Made by a program: the position numbers and the translations under genes. The notes under the pieces are model-generated. The model ran no database searches. It was given only the letters and a program-made list of their open reading frames with translations, and was not told the DNA's origin. Shown here piece after piece: positions 20,480 to 29,498 of a stretch of 64,000 nucleotides of DNA. This DNA comes from Dehalococcoidia bacterium. GTDB taxonomy: Bacteria; Chloroflexota; Dehalococcoidia; Bin125. The stretch is taken from the NCBI GenBank assembly GCA_963663895.2, contig CAXXRD010000002.1:288001-352000 (forward strand), read 5' to 3'. How positions within the stretch are numbered: the first letter of the stretch is position 1; every line of letters starts with the position of its first letter.

Positions 20480-21667
20480 GTGATCAAGAGGGAAAGCGGC
20501 CGTCTCGGGCGATGGGCGATGGGCTGCCTAGGCTGGCGGCTCGAGCAACGCACGGAACCCCGGAATCAGACAGCGCACCGTCTGGCGGCGATCGTAGTCG
20601 GCGTCGTCATCGCGCTGATCGCCGTCCAACTGGCGATCGGCGACGAGGACGCCTTCGACCGCATCTACCGGGGAACGGTCGGCAGCAAGCGCGGCTGGAG
20701 CAACATCTTGGATCTCGCGGCGCCCCTCCTGCTGACCGGGCTGGCCGCAGCCGTCGCCCTCAAGCTGCGACGCTGGAACGTGGGGGTCGAAGGGCAGTTC
20801 TTCATGGGCGCCTTCGCCGCTGTGGCGATCGCCTTCCAGATCGAAAGCATGTCCGGCGCGCCGCTCTTGGCGCTGATGTTCGCGGGCGCGGCGCTGTGCG
20901 GCGCGGCCTGGATCGCCGTACCCGCGATCGCGCGCGCGTACCTCAACGTCAACGAGATCCTCACGACCTTGATGCTCAACTTCGTCGCCATCTTGTTCCT
21001 CGCCTACGTCGCAACGGGACCCTGGCGTAATCCGCAGTCGCAGGGCTCCATCCTCGCGACGCGCGATATCCCCGAGCAGGCGCGCCTCCCGGGCGTGGAA
21101 GTCGCCGCTGTGGAGTTCAGCTCGGGCCTCCTCTTGGGCATTGCCGTGGCCGTGGTCCTCTGGCTCGTATTCCGCAGCACCACGTTCGGCTACATGGTGC
21201 GCACGGTGGGCGGAAGCGAGAAGGCCGGTTCCTACGCCGGCATCAACGTGCGCCTGCTGTCGGTGGCCGTGCTCCTGCTCTCGGGTGGGGTTGCGGGCGT
21301 GGCCGGCGTGGCACACATGACGGGTGGCGATACCAACGCCTACGCCACCTCGCTCTCCAACAACACCGGCTATCTCGGGATCGCGGTCGCAGTCTTGGCC
21401 GGAGGATCGTTCCCGGTGGTCGTCCTCATGGCGGGGATCATCGGCGCGATCATCTCGGCCGGGAGCGCGCTGCGCCTGCTCGACGTCGGATCCGAACTCG
21501 GGTCGTTCGGGTTGACGGGGTTCATCCTGTTGATGGCGGCGATCGGCGAGGGCCTCGCCAACTACCGCCTGAGACGGGAACGGCCCGGGCAGGAAACGCT
21601 TCCACCCGGCGACCAAGCATCGCCAGCACCGGCAGCGAGCGGAACCGGGGGCAGCAGTGGAACTTGA
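20480..21667 (+). CDS. ABC permease (nucleoside/BMP type)
   Basis: APLLLTGL, WNVGVEGQF, VNEILTTLMLNF, GYLGIAVA; multiple TM helices. Confidence 0.88.
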   Translation: MIKRESGRLGRWAMGCLGWRLEQRTEPRNQTAHRLAAIVVGVVIALIAVQLAIGDEDAFDRIYRGTVGSKRGWSNILDLAAPLLLTGLAAAVALKLRRWNVGVEGQFFMGAFAAVAIAFQIESMSGAPLLALMFAGAALCGAAWIAVPAIARAYLNVNEILTTLMLNFVAILFLAYVATGPWRNPQSQGSILATRDIPEQARLPGVEVAAVEFSSGLLLGIAVAVVLWLVFRSTTFGYMVRTVGGSEKAGSYAGINVRLLSVAVLLLSGGVAGVAGVAHMTGGDTNAYATSLSNNTGYLGIAVAVLAGGSFPVVVLMAGIIGAIISAGSALRLLDVGSELGSFGLTGFILLMAAIGEGLANYRLRRERPGQETLPPGDQASPAPAASGTGGSSGT

Positions 21668-22592
21668 ACTCTGGCAGGCGGCGCTGCTCCAAGCCATCGT
21701 GATCGGCTCGCCGATCTTGCTGGCTGCCTGCGGCGAGTTGCTGGGGCAACGGGTGGGCGTGTTCAATATCGGCATTGAGGGCGTCATGCTGATGGGTGCC
21801 GTGGGCGGCTTCATGGTGGCGGCCGAGGCCGGCAACGTCGTGGTTGGGCTGATTGGGGCGGCCGCGTTCGGTGCGGGCTTCGTCTTCCTCTTCGGCCTGG
21901 CAACGGTCGTACTGCGCGCGAACCAGGTCGTCGCAGGGTTTGGGCTCTGGCTGCTGGGCCTGGGTCTATCGAGTCAGATCGGCCGTCCCTACACGGGGAA
22001 GCGGGCAGAACATCCGATCGATCACTGGGAGGTCCCCGGCCTGCACGAGATCCCGTGGATGGGCGACATCCTCTTCGAGCATCTGTGGCTCGCCTACGTC
22101 GCCTTCCTGATTCCGTTCTTCATCGCGCTGGTCATGTTCCGCACGCGCCACGGCCTCAACATCCGCTCCGTCGGTGAGGATCCCGGCTCCGCCGACGCCG
22201 CCGGCGTCTCGGTCATCGCTTGGCGGCTGGCCTATGTCGTCTTCGGCGGTGCGTTCATCGGTCTGAGCGGCGCGTTCCTTTCACTGGGCACGGTCCAGAA
22301 CTGGACGCCCTTCATGACCAGCGGTCTCGGCTGGATCGGGCTGGCGGTCGTGATCTTCGCGGGTTGGAGGCCGCTGCTGCTGATCGTCGGCGCGTACCTC
22401 TTCGGCGGCCTGCGGGCGCTCGACTTCATCGCGCAGTCTGGCGGTTGGAACGTGCCGCCCGAAGTCCTCACCATGCTGCCGTTCATCGGCACGGTCGCGG
22501 TGCTCATCCTGGGCGCCTGGCGTTACCGCCATCGCCCCGATGCGGGGGCGGCGCCTCGCGCGCTGGGACAAGCGTTCTTCCGCGGCTCCTAG
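21657..22592 (+). CDS. ABC permease (nucleoside/BMP type)
   Basis: GELLGQRVGVFNIGIEG, ANQVVAG, RSVGEDP, GLGWIGLAVVIFAGWRP, PRALG. Confidence 0.88.
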   Translation: MELELWQAALLQAIVIGSPILLAACGELLGQRVGVFNIGIEGVMLMGAVGGFMVAAEAGNVVVGLIGAAAFGAGFVFLFGLATVVLRANQVVAGFGLWLLGLGLSSQIGRPYTGKRAEHPIDHWEVPGLHEIPWMGDILFEHLWLAYVAFLIPFFIALVMFRTRHGLNIRSVGEDPGSADAAGVSVIAWRLAYVVFGGAFIGLSGAFLSLGTVQNWTPFMTSGLGWIGLAVVIFAGWRPLLLIVGAYLFGGLRALDFIAQSGGWNVPPEVLTMLPFIGTVAVLILGAWRYRHRPDAGAAPRALGQAFFRGS

Positions 22593-22597
22593 ACCCG

Positions 22598-23491
22598 ATG
22601 ATCGCAGCGATCGACATCCACACGCATCCTTCCGACGCCGCCGCGCATCGCCGGCAGGGTCCTTGGCGCGAGCAGGCCGAGCGGTATTTCAAACGACGCA
22701 TCGACGAGATCAGCCTGGACGCGCAGGCCGAGATCTACCGTGAGCGGAACATGCTCGCCGTCGTGGTGGCCTTGGACGAAGAGTCGCAAACGGGCCGGCC
22801 GGGCGACTCCAACGACGCGTTGAGTCAGGCGGTCGCGCGCAATGCCGACGCGCTCATCGGCTTCGGCTCGGTAGACCCCGCCAAGGGCGAAGCGGCGGTC
22901 CGCGAAACCCGCCGTTGCATCGAAGAGCTTGGGCTGCGCGGGATGAAGTTCATGCCGCTGACGCAAGCGTTCTTCGTCGATGATCCGGCCGTGCGGCCGA
23001 TCTTCGAAACCTGCGCGGCGCTCGGCGTACCGGTGATGATCCACATGGGGACCACGGGGATCGGCGCAGGAGCGCCGGGGGGGATGGGCATTCACCTGAA
23101 GTACGGCCGTCCGGTGCCGCACCTCGACGATCTTGCGGCGGAGCTTCCCGAACTCCAGATTATCGGCGCGCATCCCGCCTGGCCTTGGACCGATGAGATG
23201 CTCGCGGTGCTTTGGCACAAGACGAACGTCTGCATGGATCTATCCGGCTGGGCGCCCAAGTATCTCCCGGAAGCCGTGATCGAGAACGCGAATACCTTGC
23301 TGCGCGACCGCATGCTGTTCGGGTCGGATTTTCCGGTTTTGCACCCGGATCGCTGGCTCGACGAGTTCCGCGCCGCGCCGTTCCGTGACGAGGTCCGCTC
23401 CGGTATCCTGCGCGAAAACGCCGCCCGGCTGCTCCGGATCGATCTGGAGGCCAGTGGCGAGGGCCGCCCCATTCGCTTCACGGCCGGGTAG
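22598..23491 (+). CDS. Amidohydro_2 protein resembling CouO-type 4-hydroxyphenyl-beta-ketoacyl-CoA hydrolase
   Basis: IDIHTH, LIGFGSVDP, HMGTTGIGAGAPGGMGIHLKY, AHPAWPW, HKTNVCMDLSGWAPKY, ANTLL, LFGSDFP, PDRWL. Confidence 0.75.
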   Translation: MIAAIDIHTHPSDAAAHRRQGPWREQAERYFKRRIDEISLDAQAEIYRERNMLAVVVALDEESQTGRPGDSNDALSQAVARNADALIGFGSVDPAKGEAAVRETRRCIEELGLRGMKFMPLTQAFFVDDPAVRPIFETCAALGVPVMIHMGTTGIGAGAPGGMGIHLKYGRPVPHLDDLAAELPELQIIGAHPAWPWTDEMLAVLWHKTNVCMDLSGWAPKYLPEAVIENANTLLRDRMLFGSDFPVLHPDRWLDEFRAAPFRDEVRSGILRENAARLLRIDLEASGEGRPIRFTAG

Positions 23492-23534
23492 AGCCGGGTA
23501 AGCGGGAGCAGAGAAGCGCTGGGAGCAACGCGTC

Positions 23535-24392
23535 CTAAAACGCGATCGACGGCAAGAAAGGCCCGCGCGGCTCCTGGTACTTCCCGAGGCTCATCAGCGT
23601 CATCGGCTGCCGAAGGCGCAGCCCGCGCTCGATACACCATTGCAGGAGATCGTGGTTGCGGCTGGGCAGCAGGAAGCCAGGGTTATGGATCTGATCGGCC
23701 GCCGCGATCAGCGCCTTGAGATCGTCGCTGGCGCGGGCGACCGCGTAGCCGGCGAATCCCAGCAGGGTGGCATAGGCCGTCACCTGCCCGTCTCGTTCGA
23801 CGAGGCGCGCACTGCCACGCTCGACCGCGTCCCGCAATTCCCAGAGGCGCTCGTGGCCGTGGACATCCCGGAAGATCGCGTCGCAGGCCGGGAGGTCGTC
23901 GAGCCGGGCCGGACGCACACGACATCCCGGAAGTGGCTCACCGATCGGCGATCCCTGCACCGTGATGAGCGGCTCGCGGACCGCGAATCCCAGCTTGGTA
24001 TAGAGCGCCATCGAGCGGCCATGATATGCGGCTTGCACGAGGCGAATGCCGGCCGCCCCTTGTGACTCCGCCCGATCGAGGACATCGCGCACCAGGAGCC
24101 GCCCAACGCCGGCGTCCTGCGCAGCCGGATCAACGGTAATGGGCCCGAGTCCCGCAATGGGACAGCGCTCGTCCAGAAAGTTGCTCCCGACCACGCGCCC
24201 CCTTTGCTCCGCCACCACGGAGTAGAAGCCAGGGTGCGCCAGCATCGCGCCGGCGACGTTGACGGCGACCGCGGGGGAGGGGAAATCCGGCGGGAAGTTG
24301 TGCTCGTCGGCGATACCCTTGAACGCGTCGTAGCAGATGCGCCCGCAGGCCTCGGCATCGCCGGGAGCACCGGGGCGCAGCGTAGCTTGCAC
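23535..24392 (-). CDS. GNAT-family N-acetyltransferase
   Basis: GPITVDPAAQDAGVGRLL motif A, ALYTKLGF; probable tandem GNAT fold. Confidence 0.82.
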   Translation of the reverse strand: MQATLRPGAPGDAEACGRICYDAFKGIADEHNFPPDFPSPAVAVNVAGAMLAHPGFYSVVAEQRGRVVGSNFLDERCPIAGLGPITVDPAAQDAGVGRLLVRDVLDRAESQGAAGIRLVQAAYHGRSMALYTKLGFAVREPLITVQGSPIGEPLPGCRVRPARLDDLPACDAIFRDVHGHERLWELRDAVERGSARLVERDGQVTAYATLLGFAGYAVARASDDLKALIAAADQIHNPGFLLPSRNHDLLQWCIERGLRLRQPMTLMSLGKYQEPRGPFLPSIAF

Positions 24393-24399
24393 GAGAAGG

Positions 24400-25191
24400 T
24401 TAGTCGGGAGCCGCGTCGAGATCGGCGCGACCGTATGAGAAGCCGCCGTGGGGCCGGATCACCTCGCCGGTGATATAGGCTGCCTCATCCGAGGCGAGGT
24501 ACGCAGCCAGCGCCCCGACCTCCTCCGGCTTCCCGAACCGGCCCACGGCGATATTCTCAGTCAGCAGCCGATACTCCTCGGCCGGAATCATGTCGCTCAG
24601 CGGCGTGTCAAAATAGCCGGGCGCGATCGCGTTGACCGTCACGCCTTTGGGCGCCACTTCCCGTGCCACCGAACGTATCAGCCCGTTGATCCCGCCCTTC
24701 GCAGCGCCGTAGTGCGCTTCATAGGCGACGCCGGTATCCGCGACGATGGAAGAGACGCAGATGACGCGACCCCAACCCTGCTCCAGCATGTCGGGCAAGG
24801 CGTAGCGCGTCCCCAAGAAGGTGCCGTCCAGATGAATCGCAAGCATCTCTCGCCACTCGGCGAAGGACATCTCGTGCAGGGGCCGGATCTTGGCGATGCC
24901 GGCAACGTTCACCATCACGTCGATCAGGCCCAGCCGCTGCTTCGCCACAGCGAACGCATCCCGCACGCTCTCTTCGCTCGTGACATCCATGGCGAGCGGG
25001 ATGAGCGTCCGACCCGGAAGCCTCTCCCCTATCTCAGAGGCCTTCGCGGCCGCTTTGGCCTCATCGAGATCGGTGAGGACGACAGCGGCGCCCTGCGTCG
25101 CGAGCGCTTCCGCGATCGCGGAACCCAATCCCCCGCCAGCACCGGTTACGAACGCTTTCCGACCGTCGAGTGAGAACATTCCGATCCCCAT
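24400..25191 (-). CDS. SDR-family oxidoreductase (FabG-like)
   Basis: TGAGGGLG, VNVAGI, YGAAK, VNAIAPG. Confidence 0.92.
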   Translation of the reverse strand: MGIGMFSLDGRKAFVTGAGGGLGSAIAEALATQGAAVVLTDLDEAKAAAKASEIGERLPGRTLIPLAMDVTSEESVRDAFAVAKQRLGLIDVMVNVAGIAKIRPLHEMSFAEWREMLAIHLDGTFLGTRYALPDMLEQGWGRVICVSSIVADTGVAYEAHYGAAKGGINGLIRSVAREVAPKGVTVNAIAPGYFDTPLSDMIPAEEYRLLTENIAVGRFGKPEEVGALAAYLASDEAAYITGEVIRPHGGFSYGRADLDAAPD

Positions 25192-25226
25192 GATCCCGTC
25201 ATCCGTTCTGCTGCGAAAGCGTGGCG

Positions 25227-25256
25227 AGACTAGAAGCCGCCTCCCGCCGAGGTCAA
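25227..25256 (-). promoter_or_regulatory. Possible sigma70-type promoter for the SDR-GNAT pair
   Basis: Minus strand TTGACC-18 nt-TAGTCT, about 35 nt upstream of the SDR start. Confidence 0.45.
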
Positions 25257-25293
25257 TAAGTCAAGATGTGGCACCTGTCACAAGCACCATCCG

Positions 25294-26757
25294 TCACCCA
25301 TCAAGACGGAGAAACCGGCCTGGTCGTGCGGGAAGCTGCGCCCCGTCCCGCAGCACGATCGATCCATTCACGACGACATGCACGATTCCCGCCGGATATC
25401 GCCGCGGCTCTTCGTAGGTCGCGCGGTCATCCACGGTTTCCGGCTCGAAGCAAACGATGTCGGCCGCCCACCCTCGCCGCAACTGCCCCCGGCGCGCGAG
25501 CTTGAACTTGCGCGCCGGCAAGGCCGTCATGCGTCGAACCGCCTCCTCGATCGGAAAGAGCCGCTGATCGCGCGCATAGCGGCCCAGCACCCGCGCGAAC
25601 GTGCCGTAAAGACGAGGGTGCGGCTTGCCCGCGCCGGGGATCCCGTCGGATCCGATCATCGCCCGTTCATGCGAGAGCGCGCTGCGCACGTCATCTTCAT
25701 CCATTCCGTGCCGGATCACGATCGTCCCGGAGTCGGCTTCGACGATCCGCCGCGCCGTCTCCGCAGCGGACAGATCCCATAAGGACGCGAGGGCGGCCAG
25801 CGACTCCCCCTCCAGGCCAGCCCCGGCCTTGGTAGAGGCGATCGTGATCCCCGCCGCATCCGCACCATCCTCGATTCCCTGAGCCGCGACCGCGCCCAGA
25901 ATGGTGCTGGAGGCCGCGTAGGGATAGACATCCGCCGTGACATCGATTCCGGCGCGCACCGCCCGATCGATCGCGGCGATCGAGCGGTCGATCTTGCCCC
26001 AGTTGCGCCGTCCCATCGCCTTGTGATGCGAGATCTGTACGGGACAGCCCGCTTCGCGGCCGATCTGGATCGCCTCGTCGACCGCCTCCAACAGGTGGTC
26101 TCCCTCATCGCGGAGATGGCTGGCGTAGAGCCCTCCGGTCGTGGCGGCGGCGCGCGCCAGCTCGACCAGCTCCGCCGTCGACGCGTGGACGGCGGGCTCA
26201 TAGGTCAGGCCGGATGAAAGCCCCAGGGCCCCAGCGTTCATGCCAGCCTCGACCAGAGCGGACATCTCCGCGAGCTCGTCGGACCCCGGCGGCCGCGCCG
26301 CCGTGCCCATCACCGCCAACCGCACGGCCCCGTGTCCGATCAGCACGCCCACGTTGCAGGCCGGCGCAGCGTCCGTGAGCCGCCGAAAGTAACTCGCGAA
26401 GTCGGTCCACTCCATCTCCATCGCGAGCGGGCCGAACAGCGCGGGCGCATGGGCATCATTCGCGGGTGAGCGGGGGACCAAGGCCCAGCCGCAGTTACCG
26501 ATGATGTCCGTGGTCACGCCCTGGCGGAGCTTGAACGGCAGCTCCGGCTCTTCGATCAGGGCGCGATCATCGTGGCTGTGCACATCGATGAACCCCGGTG
26601 CCACGATCAGTCCCCGCACGTCGAGTTCGGCGCGCCCGCGGTCGCGGATCGCGCCGACGGCCGCAATGGTTTCGTCTGCGATCGCCACATCAGCCGGTCG
26701 CGGTGGAGAACCGGATCCGTCGACGAGCAGGCCGTTGCGGATCACCAAGTCGTACAC
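25294..26757 (-). CDS. N-acyl-D-amino-acid deacylase (D-aminoacylase) family
   Basis: YDLVIRNG, PGFIDVHSH, GNCG, SHLRDE, SHHK, IGSDG, HPRLYGTF; start placed at GTG 26757. Confidence 0.88.
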   Translation of the reverse strand: MYDLVIRNGLLVDGSGSPPRPADVAIADETIAAVGAIRDRGRAELDVRGLIVAPGFIDVHSHDDRALIEEPELPFKLRQGVTTDIIGNCGWALVPRSPANDAHAPALFGPLAMEMEWTDFASYFRRLTDAAPACNVGVLIGHGAVRLAVMGTAARPPGSDELAEMSALVEAGMNAGALGLSSGLTYEPAVHASTAELVELARAAATTGGLYASHLRDEGDHLLEAVDEAIQIGREAGCPVQISHHKAMGRRNWGKIDRSIAAIDRAVRAGIDVTADVYPYAASSTILGAVAAQGIEDGADAAGITIASTKAGAGLEGESLAALASLWDLSAAETARRIVEADSGTIVIRHGMDEDDVRSALSHERAMIGSDGIPGAGKPHPRLYGTFARVLGRYARDQRLFPIEEAVRRMTALPARKFKLARRGQLRRGWAADIVCFEPETVDDRATYEEPRRYPAGIVHVVVNGSIVLRDGAQLPARPGRFLRLDG

Positions 26758-26764
26758 CGGCAGA

Positions 26765-28003
26765 TCAACCGAGCGCGCCCGACGCGCGCAGCTCGCCCAA
26801 GCGAGCGCGATCGTAGGCCAGCCACTCGCCGAGCACTTCGTCCGTGTGTTCGCCAAGGAGAGGCGCCGGCCGTGAGCGGACAGCGGGCGGCGGGTCGAGC
26901 TTGAGCGGTGATCCCGTGGTGCGATACGGGCCCAACTCGGGATGCTCCATCTCCAAGATCATGTCCATGGCTTCTGTTTGGGAATCGGTGAACGCCTGGG
27001 GAACGGTGTTCACGGGCCCGGCCGGCACACCGTGCGCCTGCAAAAGCCCCACCCATTCCGCGACGGTTTTCGTCCGGAACAGCTCCTGCAAGAGGGGAAT
27101 TAGCTCATCGCGGTGCGCCTGCCGCCCGGCGTTCGTCGCGAACTTCGGATCGGAAGCGAGATCGGGACGGTCGAGAATCTCGCAAACAACGCGGTAATGC
27201 CCGTCGCTGCCGACGCCGAGGGCGAGCGGGCCGTCGGCGGCCGGGAACGTCTGGTAGGGGACGCTATTGGGGTGCGCATTGCCGAAACGCCTCGGCTCAA
27301 TGCCGCCCAGCAGCCAGTTGGCGGCGACGTTGGCCAGCGAGGCGATCCCCGCTTCCCAGAGCGACGTGTCCACGTGCCGGGCGCCGCCGCGCGCGTCCCG
27401 CTCCTGCAGCGACGCGAGCACGCCGATACACGAGTAGAGGGCGGTGAAAATATCGACGATCGCAACACCCACTTTCGTGGGCTCGCCGTCGGGCCGACCG
27501 GTAATGCTCATCCAGCCCGTCATCGCCTGCAGAACGAAGTCGAAGGCGAGCCAGTCGCGTTTGGGCCCGCGAGTACCGAAGCCAGTGATCCGGGAATGCA
27601 CGAGCCGTGGGTTGAGGCGGCTCAGATCCTCGCGGCCCAATCCCCACCGCTCCATCGTGCCCAGCTTGAAATTCTCGAGCAGCACATCCGCGTGGGCGCA
27701 CAGGTCGCGGAAGACCGCGCGGCCCTCGGGTTCCGCGAGATCCAAGCCGACACCGCGCTTGTTGCGGTTCGCCCACACGAAGTATCCGGCCTCCGATCCC
27801 AGGAAGGGAGGCCCCCACCGTCTGGTCTCGTCCCCGCGCGGATGCTCCACTTTGATGACGTCCGCGCCGAGGTCTCCCAGAATCACCCCGCAAAGGGGAC
27901 CTGCCAGGATGCGGGAAGCGTCGATCACGCGTATCCCCTGGAGGGGCGCGCCGGCGTCGGCGGGCGCAGATCGTTCTGAGTCGTGGTTCGGCCCCACCGG
28001 CAT
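26765..28003 (-). CDS. CaiB/BaiF family III CoA transferase
   Basis: PLQGIRVID, LAGP, LGADVIKVE, NRNKR, ADVLLENF, GFG; start uncertain (28003 or 28042). Confidence 0.9.
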   Translation of the reverse strand: MPVGPNHDSERSAPADAGAPLQGIRVIDASRILAGPLCGVILGDLGADVIKVEHPRGDETRRWGPPFLGSEAGYFVWANRNKRGVGLDLAEPEGRAVFRDLCAHADVLLENFKLGTMERWGLGREDLSRLNPRLVHSRITGFGTRGPKRDWLAFDFVLQAMTGWMSITGRPDGEPTKVGVAIVDIFTALYSCIGVLASLQERDARGGARHVDTSLWEAGIASLANVAANWLLGGIEPRRFGNAHPNSVPYQTFPAADGPLALGVGSDGHYRVVCEILDRPDLASDPKFATNAGRQAHRDELIPLLQELFRTKTVAEWVGLLQAHGVPAGPVNTVPQAFTDSQTEAMDMILEMEHPELGPYRTTGSPLKLDPPPAVRSRPAPLLGEHTDEVLGEWLAYDRARLGELRASGALG

Positions 28004-28145
28004 CTCCGTCCCTTTTATCCTCGGCGACACAGAGTGTGCCACACCAGAAGCCTACGCCTATCAGGGGCGCTGTCGCCTGATTGAGCGAGGGGCCACCAGC
28101 ACCCAACGTCACAGGCTTCGTCCGTACATAGAAACACCTGCCACC

Positions 28146-28174
28146 TTGACAGGGCTCAGCCCCGCAGGAATACT
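28146..28174 (+). promoter_or_regulatory. Possible sigma70-type promoter for the aap operon
   Basis: TTGACA-17 nt-AATACT, 60 nt upstream of the binding-protein start. Confidence 0.5.
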
Positions 28175-28234
28175 TTCCTCCACGCGACTTCATCTGCTTG
28201 GATCGAAGAACTCAGCTGTTAAGGATTTTTTGTT

Positions 28235-29356
28235 ATGGAAAGATTGCTCTTGTGGAAACACGGTTCAGCGCTGCGCATCGGCGTCGGCGTGATGCTGCTG
28301 GCGCTGCTCGGTGCGCTCGCGCTCGCGGCTTGCTCCAGCGGCGACGAGCAGGATTCTGTGGCCGGCCGCGGGAACACCGTTCAGGAGGTCAAAGATCGCG
28401 GCCTGTTGCGGTGCGGCGTCAAGCAAACTCAGCCGCTCTTCGGCTTCCGAGAGCCCGACGGAACGGTCGCGGGCTTTGATGTGGAATTCTGCAAGGCGAT
28501 CCAGGCCGCACTGGGCGACGGCGTTGGGCTTGAGCTGGTCGATGCCTCCGACGCCTCGACTCGCTTCGAGTTGCTCAACGACGGCGAGATCGACGTGCTG
28601 ATCCGCACGACGACGATTACCGCCTCGCGTGACCGTGAACTGGGCGTCGACTTCGCCCAGACCACCTTCTACACAGGCCAGGGGTTCGCGGTCCACGCGG
28701 ATTCGGGCATCAATTCAACGTCCGACATGGGCGGCAGGACGATCTGCGTCCAGTCCGGTACGACCACGGAGCAGAACCTAGCGGACCACTTCACTGATCT
28801 GGGGCTTGATTTCACGCCGCTCGGCGGTGGCGATCAGGAGACGCAGGATGCGTTCGTCGCCGGCCGCTGTGACGTCTGGACGGCCGACCAGAGCAACCTC
28901 GCTTCGCGGATCGGAGTCTTGGACAACGCCAGCGACTTCGTGATCCTCGGGCAGTTGATCTCCAAGGAGCCGCTGGCTCCCGGCGTGCGGGACTACGACA
29001 GTGAGTGGAAGGACGTCGTCAACTGGGTCGTCCACGGCCTGATCGCGGCGGAAGAGCTGGACATCACCCGGAGCAACGTGGCATCCATGGCGGCGAACCC
29101 GCCCAACACGACGATCGCACGGTTGCTCGGCGTCTCGTTCGAAGGCGGCGAAGTGAGCACGCTCGGTTTCGACTCCGTGAACGCGCAGTTCATCCAGCGC
29201 GCCATCGCGGCTGTGGGGAACTACGGTGAGATCTACGCGAACACCGTCGGCGACGCCGTCCCGCGCCCCTGCTCGCTGAACGCCCTCGCGTCCGAAGACA
29301 AGAGCAACTGCCCGCCGGGGACAGGCGGCATTCAGTACGCGCTGCCGTACCGCTAA
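28235..29356 (+). CDS. aapJ: General L-amino-acid ABC transporter substrate-binding lipoprotein (AapJ/BztA family)
   Basis: LAAC lipobox; GFDVEFCKA, GEIDVLIR, ICVQSGTTTE, ISKEPLAP, VGNYGEIY. Confidence 0.85.
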   Translation: MERLLLWKHGSALRIGVGVMLLALLGALALAACSSGDEQDSVAGRGNTVQEVKDRGLLRCGVKQTQPLFGFREPDGTVAGFDVEFCKAIQAALGDGVGLELVDASDASTRFELLNDGEIDVLIRTTTITASRDRELGVDFAQTTFYTGQGFAVHADSGINSTSDMGGRTICVQSGTTTEQNLADHFTDLGLDFTPLGGGDQETQDAFVAGRCDVWTADQSNLASRIGVLDNASDFVILGQLISKEPLAPGVRDYDSEWKDVVNWVVHGLIAAEELDITRSNVASMAANPPNTTIARLLGVSFEGGEVSTLGFDSVNAQFIQRAIAAVGNYGEIYANTVGDAVPRPCSLNALASEDKSNCPPGTGGIQYALPYR

Positions 29357-29392
29357 CCGAGCGCGGCATCAGCCGCACCGCAGTAAGCGCAT

Positions 29393-29438
29393 CGCAGGGG
29401 CCGTTCCCGTAGTCTGGGAACGGCCCCTGCGGCGTTTT
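29393..29438 (+). terminator. Stem-loop after aapJ
   Basis: Perfect 16-bp stem CGCAGGGGCCGTTCCC / GGGAACGGCCCCTGCG followed by GCGTTTT. Confidence 0.75.
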
Positions 29439-29498
29439 CCCGTACCCCCAGCATTGAGTTACGTTACTCGTCACTACCCGAGGGGCTAGTCTCTCCAC

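Noticed and set aside
28043-28234. Riboswitch or ncRNA upstream of aapJ
   Set aside because: No consensus I recognise; the region is explained by divergent promoters. An Rfam/Infernal scan would be decisive.
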